Assembly (NCBI GenBank): GCA_964016885.1
Contig: OZ024741.1
Location: 77,810,001 to 77,874,000, forward strand
Direction of reading: 5' to 3'
DNA: 64,000 nt
DNA from: Eledone cirrhosa
Taxonomy: Eukaryota
In this document: positions 48,021-60,684 of the stretch, in pieces
Layout of the letters: each line of letters starts with the position of its first letter
How positions within the stretch are numbered: the stretch's first letter is position 1
Translations under genes and position numbers: made by a program
The notes under the pieces: generated by a model
Database searches by the model: none
Told to the model about the DNA's origin: nothing
The model's input: only the letters and a program-made list of their open reading frames with translations

Positions 48021-51000
48021 ATAATAATAATAATAATGAAATATTGTGTACAGCGCTCAAGTGCACTACAACTCATCAAAAAGTGTATGTATAGTACATA
48101 GGGTAATGTACAAACGTCAGGAAAATGAACAGTGCATGAGTCATGATATACACATGTGTGCATGTGTATGGAAGGGGTACATCAGGTGTAGTTTTGGCGA
48201 ATTTCGGGAAGCACGAGGGTTTTAAAGGATGCAGTGTCTCGGCAGCTAACAACTGATGCAGGCAGTTTGTTCCATGCTTCAGCAACTCTGAGCGTGAAAA
48301 AATGTTTCCGAAAGTCATGGGAACTGTGCTGTTTTCTGATTTTGTAGGCATGTCCACGTGTGTTAGACACATGGAAATCGAAAAGGTACTCAGGGTTGTT
48401 GTTGGCAACATGGTTAACAATTTTGTGGGTGCTTACCAAGTCCATTGCCAGATGTCGGAGCTTCAATGAATCCATGCCCAGGGAAGCAAGGCGTTCAGAG
48501 TATGGTAGGTGTCTGATGGAGGGTATGCGCTTGGTTGCACGTCTCTGAACAGTTTCCAGGAGGTCAATGTTCTGAGCAAGATAGGTCGTACCATAGCTGT
48601 ATACAGCTTTAAATAGATGGCTGGAGAGCGGCTAACAAAGGTCTTGCTGAGTGATGCCAAGACACCCTCGGCCTTATTGACAATCTTAGAGATATGCTTT
48701 GTCCAACGCAAATCGCTGCTGACAGTAATGCCCAGGTCACGTTCACAAGAGGACTTCTTGTTATCAGTGTTGTGGAGGGAGTATGTGGACGCTGGATTTT
48801 TCCTCCCAAAATGCATGGTGGTACACTTGTCCACAGCCAGCTTCAGTTGCCAGTCTGTGATCCATTGCTGCATTGTGTCCAGGTCTGATTGTAGGAAAGA
48901 GTTGTAGATTTCAGGATCAGTCCTTTTGATTTTAAGGTACAGCTTGATGTCATCTGCATATTTCAGTACCGTGGCATTCTTTAAGTTGGCATCTATGTCA
49001 TTAATATATGCCACAAACAAAAGGGGACCAAGAACAGATCCCTGTGGTACACCAGATGACATCTCATATGGTGAAGAATGCTGTCCTATAACCGTGACTA
49101 CCTCTTTTCGGTTGAGAATGAAGGATTTCAACCAGTTAAAAAGATCATCCCTCACACCCATTGCAGAGAGTTTTGCCATAAGTCTTTTGTGTGGCACAGA
49201 ATTAAAAGCCTTAGCGAAGTCAAGGTAAACAACATCCACCCATGAGCCGCTGTCAGTGATCCGGGTAATGTCTTCAAGGAACTCAATAAGCTGATCACAG
49301 CAGCTGGAGTTAGGGATAAATCCAAACTGCAAGGGCCGGATAAGGCTGTGAGAGCTCCAGAAGTTCTAAAGTGTTTCTCTGACACAGGATTCCTTCAGTT
49401 TGGCAATACAGCTAGTAAGACTGACTGGACGATAGTTGACAGGTGACGTGCGGTCACCCTTTTTGAACAGGGGAATGACACTGGCAGTTTTCCACTGCTC
49501 CAGAGTAGCACCATTGTTGAGACAGTATTGAAAGAAGAAAGAAAGCTGGTGCAAAAGGAAATACCCGCCACGTTTGAGAAGCAGGTATGTAACACCATCA
49601 AGACCAGGGGAGGCATAGTTGCGCTTATTCTTAAGGTGACGTCGCAACATTGCAGGTGTAAATTCCATAGTTCTTATGGAATTTGATGTTAGAGATGGTG
49701 GAGATGGTACATTCTGGTTTTCAACAGTAAAAATGCTTGCATAGCACTCAGCAATGAGTTCTGCACATTCTTTGGGATCGTCAGTGATCTGGCTTGTGTG
49801 GGGATTGTGAAGAGGACCAACTGGAGAGTGAGGTCTCTGCTTTGAATGAACATATTTCCAGAACACCTTACTGTCAGGATTGGTTGCTATGCACTGTTCA
49901 AATTCAAGCACTGCCTTTTTTGTCACTTGCTTGAGATGGTTGGAAGATTTATTCCGCTTTTTTCTGTTGGCATCTGATTTATGCAGTTTATATTCCTGTT
50001 CAGCGTTCCGACGTTCTTTCCTGGCAAGTCGGACCGCTGAAGTTTCCCAAATTGCACTTTTGGGGTGGGTTTTTTTCTGCTTACGTGGCACCGATGCTGC
50101 ACACACTATCCATATTGAGTCCAGGATGCTCTGGAGTATAGTGTTCACCTCTCCAGAGTTATAGAACTCATGCCAGTTTGGGTGCTGTAGCTCAGTGCAG
50201 TACAAGTTCCAATCTGCTTTCTTCCAATCAAAGTAAGCAGATTGGAGATGGTTCTGGTTTTTGTTGCTGCCCGCAAGAGCCAGATTGGCAATGATCATAG
50301 CATGATCAGAGTCGCCTAGAGGTTCCTCAGTAGTACAACTGATAACCACTTCAGGAGTAGTGGTGAAGATCAGGTCCAAAAGGTTGTCACCTCCTGTTAG
50401 AGAGGTGACTACTTGTGACCAGTTTGAGTCCAGCACTAGCTCAAAGAAATCGTTTGCACTTTGTGGCCAACGAAAGGTTTCCCAATCGATCTCAGGATGA
50501 TTGAAATCACCTGCAATAAACACATAAGTGGCTGTTTTCCTGGCAGCAGCTCTGAGGATATTGCAAAGCTGTGTGTCCTGATGGTAGTTTGGGGGGTGAT
50601 AAACAACACCAAGCAGACATGGTCATACGTATGTCACAAAAAAAAACTTCTTGTGATTCGTTCAAATCAACGCAAGGAATTACCGAAAAGTTTGAACGAA
50701 CGTAGACCATCACACCACCACCACGGCGATTAATGCGGTCCTTGCGGAAAAGGTTGTACCCAGTAATGCTGAAAACCCCATCACAGAGTAAGGAATGTGC
50801 CCAGGTTTTTGTGACTGTGATGAAGTCAGGGTCAATGCTTCTGACGTAGGAGTTAAACAGATGTATCTTGTTGCATAAACTGCGAGCATTTAAGGACAAC
50901 AATTTGTACCCTGCTGCAGTTTATGATGGTGTGTAGAGGATGGCAGGTTGTTCTGGTTTAGTTTCCCAGAGTTGTTGCAGTTTTTTCATTGCCAGTTATT

Positions 51001-51872
51001 GTGGGTAGAGTGCACTCAAACCAGCTGGTATCTCTCTTCCACGTTTCACCAGCCTTGACAAACCTCCAGATCTGCCCATCATCACGCAGACTAAAACTTT
51101 ATGTTGTGCTGAGTTCCGATTCAAGGAAGCTGCAGCATGTAGCTTTGGACGTACATGGGGTGGTAGGCCTGGGCGTGTTTGGAAGGTAATCCGATTTTCA
51201 CGCCCAGCTTTAACAGAGGCCAGATGATATGAAATTGCCTCAGCGGGGTCCGAAAAAGACAGCCTGATGAGTCTGGGTTTTGGACCAGGTCGACCAAGGC
51301 GGAAAGCACCCTTTGGGGGAACACAGCCTAGGTCTTTGGCTGAGCTGGCAGATCAGCCTTGTCCTCTAGTGCCCCAATGGCAATTACTTGATGGGTAGCA
51401 GATTCCGCAGTCTTCTCAGTGTGCCCAGATACGGCAAGAGGTACAGGGAGATTCTTTAGCAAGGCATTCCGATAAGACCTCTCATTGTGGGGTCCTACCC
51501 AAATGCTTGCTTTTATTCCTGTTACTTCCCTTCTTAAAGCAGAAATCATTAGTTGCAATTCTGCAAAATCTGTACTGATCGGTTGTTGTTGTTGTTTTTG
51601 TTGTTGTTGTTGCTGCTGCTGCTGTGGCTGTTGTTGTTGTTGCTGCTGCTGCTGTGGCTGTTGTTGTTGATGATGTTCCTCCACGGGAATGGTAGGGGAA
51701 GACACAGTCGCCGGTTGTTGGTGTCGAGATGTACTGGGAGTGGAAGACATGGGTTGTTGTTGTTTCTGATGTTCTTCCACAGGAATAGCAACAGAAGCCA
51801 GTATCATAGGTTTTTGCCGTTGTTCAGTAACAATGGTAGAGGAAGATACAGTCATCGTTTTTTTGTTGTTGT
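48021..51872 (-). mobile_element. Nearly full-length CR1-clade LINE (ORF1 and ORF2, disrupted)
   Basis: ORF1 remnant about 51872-50950; ORF2 endonuclease (LNARSL, GDFNHP, DLIF, SDH) and RT (NYRPVSLTS, DFAKAF, PQGSVLGP, YADD); frameshift near 50600, stop at 49366, deletion near 48585; (ATT)n tail. Confidence 0.95.
51328..51872 (-). pseudogene. CR1 ORF1 remnant with poly-Gln tract and coiled-coil-like segment
   Basis: PVEEHHQQQQPQQQQQQQQQPQQQQQQQQQKQQQQP followed by FAELQLMISALRREVTGIK; lies directly upstream of ORF2. Confidence 0.6.
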
Positions 51873-52789
51873 AAATGAGTGTAAAAAAAACCAAAATAAA
51901 ATAGAATAAAATAAGTGTTGAATATGTAAAAAGGGTGTTTAAAATAAGAGAGAGTGTTCATGGTAAAGTAAGAGAGATTGTTCAAGAGAGATTGTAAGCG
52001 AATTGAAGAAATGAATAAAACAGGTATAATATAGAATAAGGGCATAATATGAGTGTTGAATGTGTGGTAAAGGTCCATAGTGTTTAAAGTAAAAGAGTGT
52101 TCAAGGCATAATTTTGTCCGACCGCTTATCTATATTTTTATTTTATTTTATTTTATTTTTCCCTTGTATTTACGTATATTTGCGTAACACTAGTGTGTTA
52201 ATATGCTTCTATCTATGCCATGTGTACATATATGTATGTGCATGCGTATTTATTATATTTATTTACTTTTTACTTATGATTTTACTTATGATTTCGTTCA
52301 TATACATGTGTGTGTATGTGTATGTGTGTGTATATGTATATGTATGTATATATATATATAAAATTGTAAGTTTGAAGAATTATTAGATAAAATATATACA
52401 ATCTTTCCTCTCCCTAGTCCGTAGAAATCAACCACATAAATAATCATTTAAACGAGGCTATAAGTTTAAAATGTAACTATGAAGAAATAATAGACAAATG
52501 ATACAGACTATCTTCCACGAGGGACAGCCAGCTAAAATTTAGTCATTCCTTTTAGCCCGTAGAAATTAACTAGACAAATAATCAATTAAACGGAGTTAGG
52601 TTTAAAATATAAGTTGGAAGAAAAAATGCATATAAAGTTTACCAAAATTCCTCTAGTCCCGACTGCCGGCAGTTTCACTCCTTTTTGGCGGATATATCCC
52701 ATCCTGGATCTATCCACGAGGCTTGGAGCTCATCAAGGGACACCCAGAGTTTGGACTAAAATTTCTACCATGATCCCTACCAGAAATGA

Positions 52790-54222
52790 ATGGCCTAGAG
52801 TCAAAAGGCCTTAAAGTTAACTTGTCTAAGATAAAGTTCTAGTATGTAGGAAGGAAAATAGGGCACAGGTCCCCTCTGGGAAATGGCCATGCTCAGTGTG
52901 TAGGAAAGGAGTAGGCAGAAATTCCATTTTATGTCCCAAATGCAAAGTATGGGTGCATAAAAGATGTAGTGGGATCACAGGTAAGCTATCTAAGAACGTA
53001 GTTTTTATATGTGGCCGGTGCTCAGGTGCAATAAGTAGCAAGTGCCCACAGGATACTAGCTCCTTCTAAAAATGAAAGGCCAACTATATGATGCCTGCAT
53101 CATCATCATCATCATCATCACCGTTTTACGTCCGTTCTTCCACGCTAGCATGGGTTAGACGGGTTGTCCTGTTGTGGGCAGTGTCTGGTCGGCTGACCAT
53201 GCCTTGCTCATACAGGAACTGATCTGGCTTGATTTCTACAGCTGGATGCCCTTCCTAACACCAACCTCATTTACAGTGAGTGCTGGGTGCTTTTTCGTGG
53301 CGCCTACACGTCCACTTTACAGTGTGGGCTGGGTGCTTTTTTGCCGTGGCACCTCCACGACCACCTTGCGGTGGGGGGGGGGGGGGGGGGGCATATTGTT
53401 TATATGCTTCAGCATATGAACACCAATGTTACACGGAAGTGAGACATGAGCTTGTGTGCAGAGGATCTACACAGACTGGAGAGGAACGAAGCTTGCATTC
53501 TCCATTGGATGTGTAATAGTAATATACGTGAACAGCAAAGCATAAATGAACTAAATCAGAAATTAGGTATAAGAGGGATCAGATGCTGTTTACTCAAGAG
53601 AAGACTACATTGGTATTGTCATGTGATGCGAATGAAAGACAACAGCTGTATAAAAAAGTGCAGGGTGATCAAAATTGATGGAAGTTACGAAGTAGGCAGA
53701 CCCAGAAAAACCTGGGACGATTTGATAAATTTCGACTTTACATACTTACACCTCTCTAAGACAATTTCACTGGACCGAGATCTTTGGCGCTATGCAGTAA
53801 TACAGAAGACCCGCCTTGCTTAAGTACAAAGCAAAACCTACAGTCAGTAGGCACCTCTTAATAAAATATACATCCTCATCCCACTACCCCAACTCCCCCA
53901 CCACACCCCGATCAACACCAGCCCTTTCTCTGTAAAGTTATGTTGGTACCACAACATCCAGTCCTAAATAAATGAAGTTGTGTAGGTGTCACGATGAAAA
54001 ACGTACAGTCCACGCTGTAATGTGGCTGTGTAGGTAACATGGTAAACCTCCCAGTCCACACTGTAAACGTGGTTGGTGTTAGGAAGGGTATCCAGCCGTA
54101 GAAAACCTGCCAGATAGTCCTACACGAGCAAGATGACCAATCATGCCTCAAGTGGGACAATTACCGTCTAAACCCATGCTAGCGTGGAAGATAGACGTTA
54201 AACGATGATGATGATGATGATG
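52790..54222 (+). mobile_element. RTE LINE fragment with intact PHD-like motif, an internal deletion (near 53068) and a nested antisense RTE tail
   Basis: Collinear with 54778-56021 except for a ~160-bp deletion and the insert at 53101-53411. Confidence 0.88.
53101..53411 (-). mobile_element. RTE 3' UTR-only insertion
   Basis: Near-identical to 14231-14532; GCAT duplicated at 53097-53100 and 53412-53415. Confidence 0.88.
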
Positions 54223-54232
54223 ATATATATAC

Positions 54233-54282
<50 letters not shown>

Positions 54283-54337
54283 ATGTGTACGTGTATGTAT
54301 ACGTGTGTGTGTGTGTATGCCTGTATATGTTCGTATG

Positions 54338-54368
<31 letters not shown>

Positions 54369-54435
54369 TTGCGTATGTATGTGTTTGCAGACTAGTGTGT
54401 TTATACATTTGTGTCTATGCCATATGTATATATAT

Positions 54436-56021
54436 ATGTACTTAGCTTTTGTTGACTTGGAGAAAGCCTTTGACAGGGTCCCCCGCTCCATTATCTGGTG
54501 GGCTCTTAGAAAACTAGGTGTTGATAAATGGCTTGTGAGAGCTATACAAGCCATGTATAAAGAAACAGTCAGCAAGGTTAGAATTAACAACGAATATAGT
54601 GAAGAATTTAGTGTAAAAGTTGGTGCTCATCAAGGCTCTGTCCTTAGCCCCCTCCTATTTATTATTGCCCTTCAGGCTATAACAGAGGAGTTCAAAAACT
54701 TCTATACGCAGATGATCTAACACTCATAGCCGAATCGATGGATGAACAAGAGAAGAAATTCCAAACATGGAAGCACCGCCTAGAATCAAAAGGCCTTAAA
54801 GTTAACTTGTCTAATACTAAAGTTCTAGCATATAGAAAGGAAAATAGGGTACAGGTACCCTCTGGGAAATGGCCATACTCAGTGTGTAGGAAAGGAGTAG
54901 GCAGAAATTCCATTTTATGTCCCAAATGCCAATTATGGGTACATACAAAATGTAGTGGGAACACAGGTAAGCTATCTAAGAATGTAGATTTTATATGTGG
55001 CCGATGCTCAGGTGCAATAAGTAGCAAGTGCTCACAGGATACTAGCTCCTTCTATTGCCCAGATGGTTCTATAGAAATAGTGAACACCTTCCATTACTTG
55101 AGTGACAAAATCAATAGTGGTGGAGGGTGTTCTGAAAGTATGGTAGCCAGAGTCAGAACAGGATGGAAAAAGTTCAGAGAGCTTATACCACTATTGGCCA
55201 CTAAAGGTTTCTCTCTAAAAATGAAAGGCAGACTGTATGATGCCTGTATACGAACAGTAATGTTACATGGCAGTGAGACATGGGCATTGTGTGCAGAGGA
55301 TCTGCACAGACTGGAGAGGAACGAAGCATCCATGTTCCGTTGGATGTGTAATAGTAATATATGCGAACGGCAAAGCATAAATGAACTAAGTGAGAATTTA
55401 GGTATAAGAGGGATCAGATGCTGTTTACTCAAAAGAAGACTCCATTGGTATGGTCACGTGATGTGCATGAAAGACAACAGCTGTATAAAAAAGTGCAGGG
55501 CGATCAAAATTGATGGAAGTTATGGAGTAGGCAGACCCAGAAAAACCTGGGACGATTTGATAAATTCTGACCTTACAGACTTACACCTCTCTAAGACAAT
55601 GTCACTGGACCGAGATCTTTGGCGCTACCCAGTAATATAGAAGACCTGCCTTGCCTAAGTACAAAGTGAAACCTACAGTCAGTTGGCACCTCTTAACCAA
55701 ATATATACCCATCCCACTACCCCTACTCCGCCACCCCACTCCCACCAACACCACCCTTTCTCTGTAAAGTTATGTTGGTACCACAACATCCAGTCCAAAA
55801 TAAATGAAGTCGTGTAGGTTTCACAACAAAAAAACACACAGTCCATGCTGTAATGTGGCCGTGTAGGTAACACGGTACAAAACTCCCAGTCCACACTGTA
55901 AATGTAGTTGGTGCTAGGAAGAGCATCCAGCTGTAGAAAACCTGCCAGACAGTCCTCTCAAGTAGGACATTTCCCGTCTAAACCCATGCTAGTGTGGAAG
56001 ATAGACGCTAAATGATGATGA
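54436..56021 (+). mobile_element. 5'-truncated RTE LINE
   Basis: LAFVDLEKAFDRVP, HQGSVLSPLLF, YADD, 300-aa ORF 54738-55640, (GAT)n tail. Confidence 0.92.
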
Positions 56022-56808
56022 TATTGTATATGTATATGTGTGTGCGTATGTATATGTCTGTATATGTATTTATGTGTGTGTGTGTATGTGTGTATATGTG
56101 TAAGCCTGTGTATATGCATATTTGTGTATATATATATATATATATACATGTATGTATATACATATATATATTTTACTTTTATCTGAATGTGTGTATGCGT
56201 GTGTATATGTATGCACACATATGTCTTTTTCTATATTGTTATATACTTTTATATATTATTTTTCTTACCCTTCTTCGGGTGGTTTTCTGCTAGCATGTGT
56301 AATGTCTATATGATATTATACACAAGTATATACATATAGATATACATCAAATAAAATCGTAATTGACAATATACACAGAAATTTAACGAAGACTGTGTTA
56401 CACTGTCTTATGAAATCAGTAAAGTAATCCATGATACATTAAAAAAAGACTGTATTATATATGAACTGCATTAGGAGAAAATTAGTGACGAAAATATATG
56501 TATGTTTATTTAAGTGATTGCTAACCGGAAGTGTTGACATTTAAAAATTTTAAAGAAGTGAATCTTTAAATAACAATAAAACATATTTAATCAACAGCCA
56601 CGAAATTTATTAGATAAATTATGTAATATTAATTCATTATTTTTTCTAAGTAATCCAACTTATTTTACTAATGGGATAAAAAATTATAAACCGTACACAG
56701 TTCGGCGCTCCTTACTTTATTATAGTTTAGATTTCCTGTTATTTTTCCAGCCTCACTTCCAATTTCTAACAGATTTTAAATATCATTTCATATTTTTTAT
56801 CCATAACA

Positions 56809-56874
56809 TCTGTCTGATGACTGATCCAGATGTAAATTAATATTGTCTGGGATCCAGAAACCTTTGGTAATGGA
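56809..56874 (+). ncRNA. Type I hammerhead ribozyme candidate with a complete catalytic core
   Basis: Stem I TCTGT/ATGGA; CTGATGA 56814-56820; stem II TGATCCAGA/TCTGGGATCCA; GAAA 56857-56860; stem III ACC-TTT-GGT; GUA cleavage triplet ending at 56869. Confidence 0.7.
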
Positions 56875-56988
56875 GTAGTTATATTTTATGCTGTTCACTT
56901 TCTAATTAAATAGAGCACTCTTTTTACCTTTGCTTTTCCTTTGAAATTACCCAACATATATATATATAAGTACTTATATATATATATA

Positions 56989-58200
56989 TGTTAGGTAATT
57001 TCAAAGGAAAAGAAAACTGAATAACGTTTTAGTTACAATTTTATTTGGGATATTGGGGAGTTCAACACCTCACACTGACTACATCCGAGTAGCTACATCC
57101 GAATTGGGAATTCTCAGACTATATTACTTTACTTTAATTACAAAGTCCTCTTTGGAGCCTCTCTTTCTCCTCCCCTTTGATTAGATACTTTGTCTTTCAC
57201 TGAAAGGTCCACTTCTTATGTGATCTACCACATAAGTCTTAGAGAAGCATCGGCACTACATAGTTGTTGGGTAGCACTCTTATTGCATAGCTGAACCATT
57301 TCAATTTCATCTTTTTATTACTTTAGTAATTGTATCAATCATGTACAGGGCTTTTTTTTATGGAAATATATCTGTTTGTCACATAATGATATCCTAAGTA
57401 AAAACCATAAGCACTACTTTTCGAAAGCTTCTAGTCAACATTTATCTTAACATTTTAGGGTCCCTATTTCTGAGGCATATGTTGCTATTGTAAAAATATG
57501 CCACCTATATCCCACCTATTTCAGACCACATATCGCAGTTTTCCAAATGCTGTAGATGCCACTAGTACCTGACAATAAAGTAAACTGAGTTTCTTTTTGA
57601 ATTAATATCAAATTGTTAAGAAAAATACATTTATCTGAGACAAAAGAACATTTTTCCATAAGAAGAAATTGGGCTACCTTCCGAAGAAGCAAGAAAACTT
57701 TGTTTAATTTCTCCTGTAATGTCAGCCTAAAACTAGCTATCAATCTTTGTATGACCTCTGCAACAATTACCTAGGAGTATCTATGTACTTACAAATTTAT
57801 GTTATACCTTTGAAATTTATCAATTTGAGATTTCGCACTATCTTTTCAAATTCTAGATTGGTAAAACCAATAGCCTGCAAATTAGAAAACAAGAGCAATT
57901 GAAAAGATGTATGCCAGATAGGATGAAGCATTGTGAAGTAAAGTTTTACTGTTTCAGAATTTATGGCAGCAGTGTTCTTTAACTGTATTTAATCCTGTTG
58001 TTGAATTAGTACCATCTATTGATCCACCTTTCCCGTTTATTGATATTATCTTCCCATCTTGAGAGTTATTAACAATCGGTGTTAAGGTTTTGTATCCTAT
58101 TTCCTGTGAAGAAGGATATTAAAAAAAAATGCTATTCTTTAATTCAATTATTGAAATTCATGCTACTGAGATTCCCCTGAGTTGTTTAACGCCAGCACCA
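56989..58200 (-). mobile_element. Highly degenerate Penelope-like element
   Basis: Fragmentary KGG...QD, TDIF.KKP and KTYVGRS-like motifs across frameshifts; 3' terminus shared with 56933-56956. Confidence 0.4.
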
Positions 58201-58289
58201 ACAGTTTTGCAAGAGATGTCAACATGAACGGACCTGTTATTTTTATCTAAAGACATTTTTTCCAATTCCAACCTGCCCGTCCCCTCAAT

Positions 58290-58435
58290 CTATCTTATTT
58301 CTCATTATTTCTTCTGATGAAGGACTAGCATCCGAAACTTAAAGACCCTCTTCCTGCTATATCAAGCGTTAACCTAATATATCCCTTCCATGTACCGATT
58401 GTGTTGTTATTTTTGTTTACCTTTTACATACATAC
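58290..58435 (+). repeat. Penelope-like terminal repeat with a minimal hammerhead-like motif (58310-58345); related copy about 34610-34730
   Basis: TCTT-CTGATGA-A-GGA ctagca TCC-GAAAC-TTA-AAGA; the related copy keeps GAAACGTTA; both end gtttaccttttaca before (TA)n. Confidence 0.55.
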
Positions 58436-59829
58436 ATATATATATATATATTGAATACAAAATATGGGTGAAGACAGGAAAATGAACAGATACAGATAGT
58501 CCCATCTCATCAATCGACTACTAGAGATACATTGTTTCAGTGCTTTAAGATCAATACAATTGGCTCTAGTGCACAAGAGACACTAATAAATGAACAAAGG
58601 ACAAGATGATAGTATTAACGACTATTTACAAATAAGGCACAGTTTTTATGAGACCCTTTTGTAGACCACCTTCATAATAAATGGTAGTGACAGTCATATT
58701 ATTGTTCTGTGGAGTATATGGAGGCTGTGGTTATAGTTGAGGAATGAGAATGAATCAAGTTCCCTGGAGTTCTGCAATGCCATTTACAACTTTAACACCA
58801 GGGAACAGATGAAGCATCTGATTACCTATAATCAGGCAGACATACAAGTCAAATAAAATACATATTCACTGGGAAGCAAGACAGACAAATGGTTGTGAAC
58901 ACTACAGCTTTTTTTTGAGAAGGTTGTACCACTCAAAATAAATTAATGATCAGTATTCTTAGGATAAGAGCTAGATGGACACAGAGACACAAGACAATCT
59001 TGAGAAAGAAGATACAGTAGCTGAGACAGAGAGAAGGAGATGGAGAGAGAGAAAGGGGAGCAAGAGAAGAGGAGAGGGAGAAAGAGAAGGAGTGGGAGAG
59101 AGGGAAAGATAGGATTGCAACAAGTAAGATGTTTAATACAGACAGTTGGCAAAATATCAATCTTACCTCAAAAAAGACACCAATGATTAATATACCCTCA
59201 GGCCTAACTAAAGCCTCATCATAAGATTTATATTCAGAATTATAATGGAAAAGGTGAGCCTAAAAAGAAAAAAAGAAAGATATTTAGCAATGATAGAGTG
59301 GAGTGATTCAATTAGTGAGTCAATAATTACAATTAATTAAAAAAATATAAGATTACCAACAGGAGGTTCGATGGTTTTTGTTCCAACACATGTAATATCC
59401 ACAGCAAAGGTATTTAAGTTTCATGCAATAACCTAATCTAATTATAAATACTTTCAATGTAGCTCATTTGTTGAAAACAGAAGTACAATCAGTATAATTA
59501 ATGAGTGTTTTATTGGTTAGCTATGTACATTGCAACTTATACCTTAGGCATGGAGAAAGTAACAAGGCAGATAACAAACCTCATAACAAGTCTTCAAAAT
59601 GTGTATACAAGCCCAAGTCTTGTTTACACAATGTCTGGTACATAATATTTGGATATTATACCTAGCTATGTAGGAGATTTTGACAATATTGACATAAAAT
59701 TAACACTCAACCTCATATTTTACTGGATATAACTAATAGAATTTGAAACTTTATCAATAATTGATATCATCATTCTTCAAATAAATGAAAATTAAAACAT
59801 TTATGCTTTGCCCAACAATATGCAATTTA

Positions 59830-60590
59830 GTGTAGGTAAGTTTCAAGCCCACCACTATCGACCCACAAACATAGGACCACTACAACAAAGATACACTGGA
59901 CCAGGAGGAATCAAAATCCCAGAGTCAAAATAAATACAGGACTTGGGTATTGACATGAGCAATGATGCATTATTTTATGCACACATCACCAAAATGACAG
60001 CAATGTGCAGACAAGTGGCAGGTTGGATTCTGAGGACTTTCAGGACAAGAGACCTAGAAACCATGTTGGCCCTCTGGAGGACTTTTGTCCTTGGCTGACT
60101 GGACTATTGCTCTCAGCTGTAGTCACCCCACAGTGTCAGACTAACTGCAGAACCTGAAGCAATCTAACAAAGCAACACCAAGAGGATTGCCTCAATAAAA
60201 GAGATGAGCTACTGGGACAGGCTGAAAGAACTAAAGCGTTACTCCCTGGAGTGAAGATGGGAGAGATATGCAGTGATATACATATGGAAATCCGGGAAAG
60301 GCTAGCATTAAACGTCAGGACTGAGGGCCGAAGCAGCCCACAAACCAGACGCCACTGTGTAGTGCCAAAGTTCCCATTCATAGCTTCAATAATAAGAACA
60401 ACATACTTCTACAGCCTGGGGATTCAAAGGACCCCAGCTCTTTAATGAGCTGCAAAAATATCTGAGAGATCTACATGTAGATGTTTTCAAGAAACATCTC
60501 AACATTCTCCTAACCAAGATCCCGGATGAACCCACAGTATGAAGCAAAGCACAAATAATGGTGGCAGCAACCATTGGTGGTGCCACCAGC
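59830..60590 (+). mobile_element. Degenerate CR1/L2-group LINE 3' part (different family)
   Basis: DLGIDMS...GWILRTFRTRD...LDYCSQL...SYWDRLKELK.YSLE. Confidence 0.75.
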
Positions 60591-60633
60591 CTTTCAGTTG
60601 GAACATATAATAGTATAAAAGAATAATATACTT

Positions 60634-60684
<51 letters not shown>

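Noticed and set aside
51485-51909. Poly-Cys and poly-Leu ORFs on the + strand
   Set aside because: Antisense frames of the CAG/CAA tract in the LINE ORF1.
56525-56532. ETS-like CCGGAAGT motif (reverse copy near 61901)
   Set aside because: Single 8-mers with no supporting promoter or first-exon evidence.
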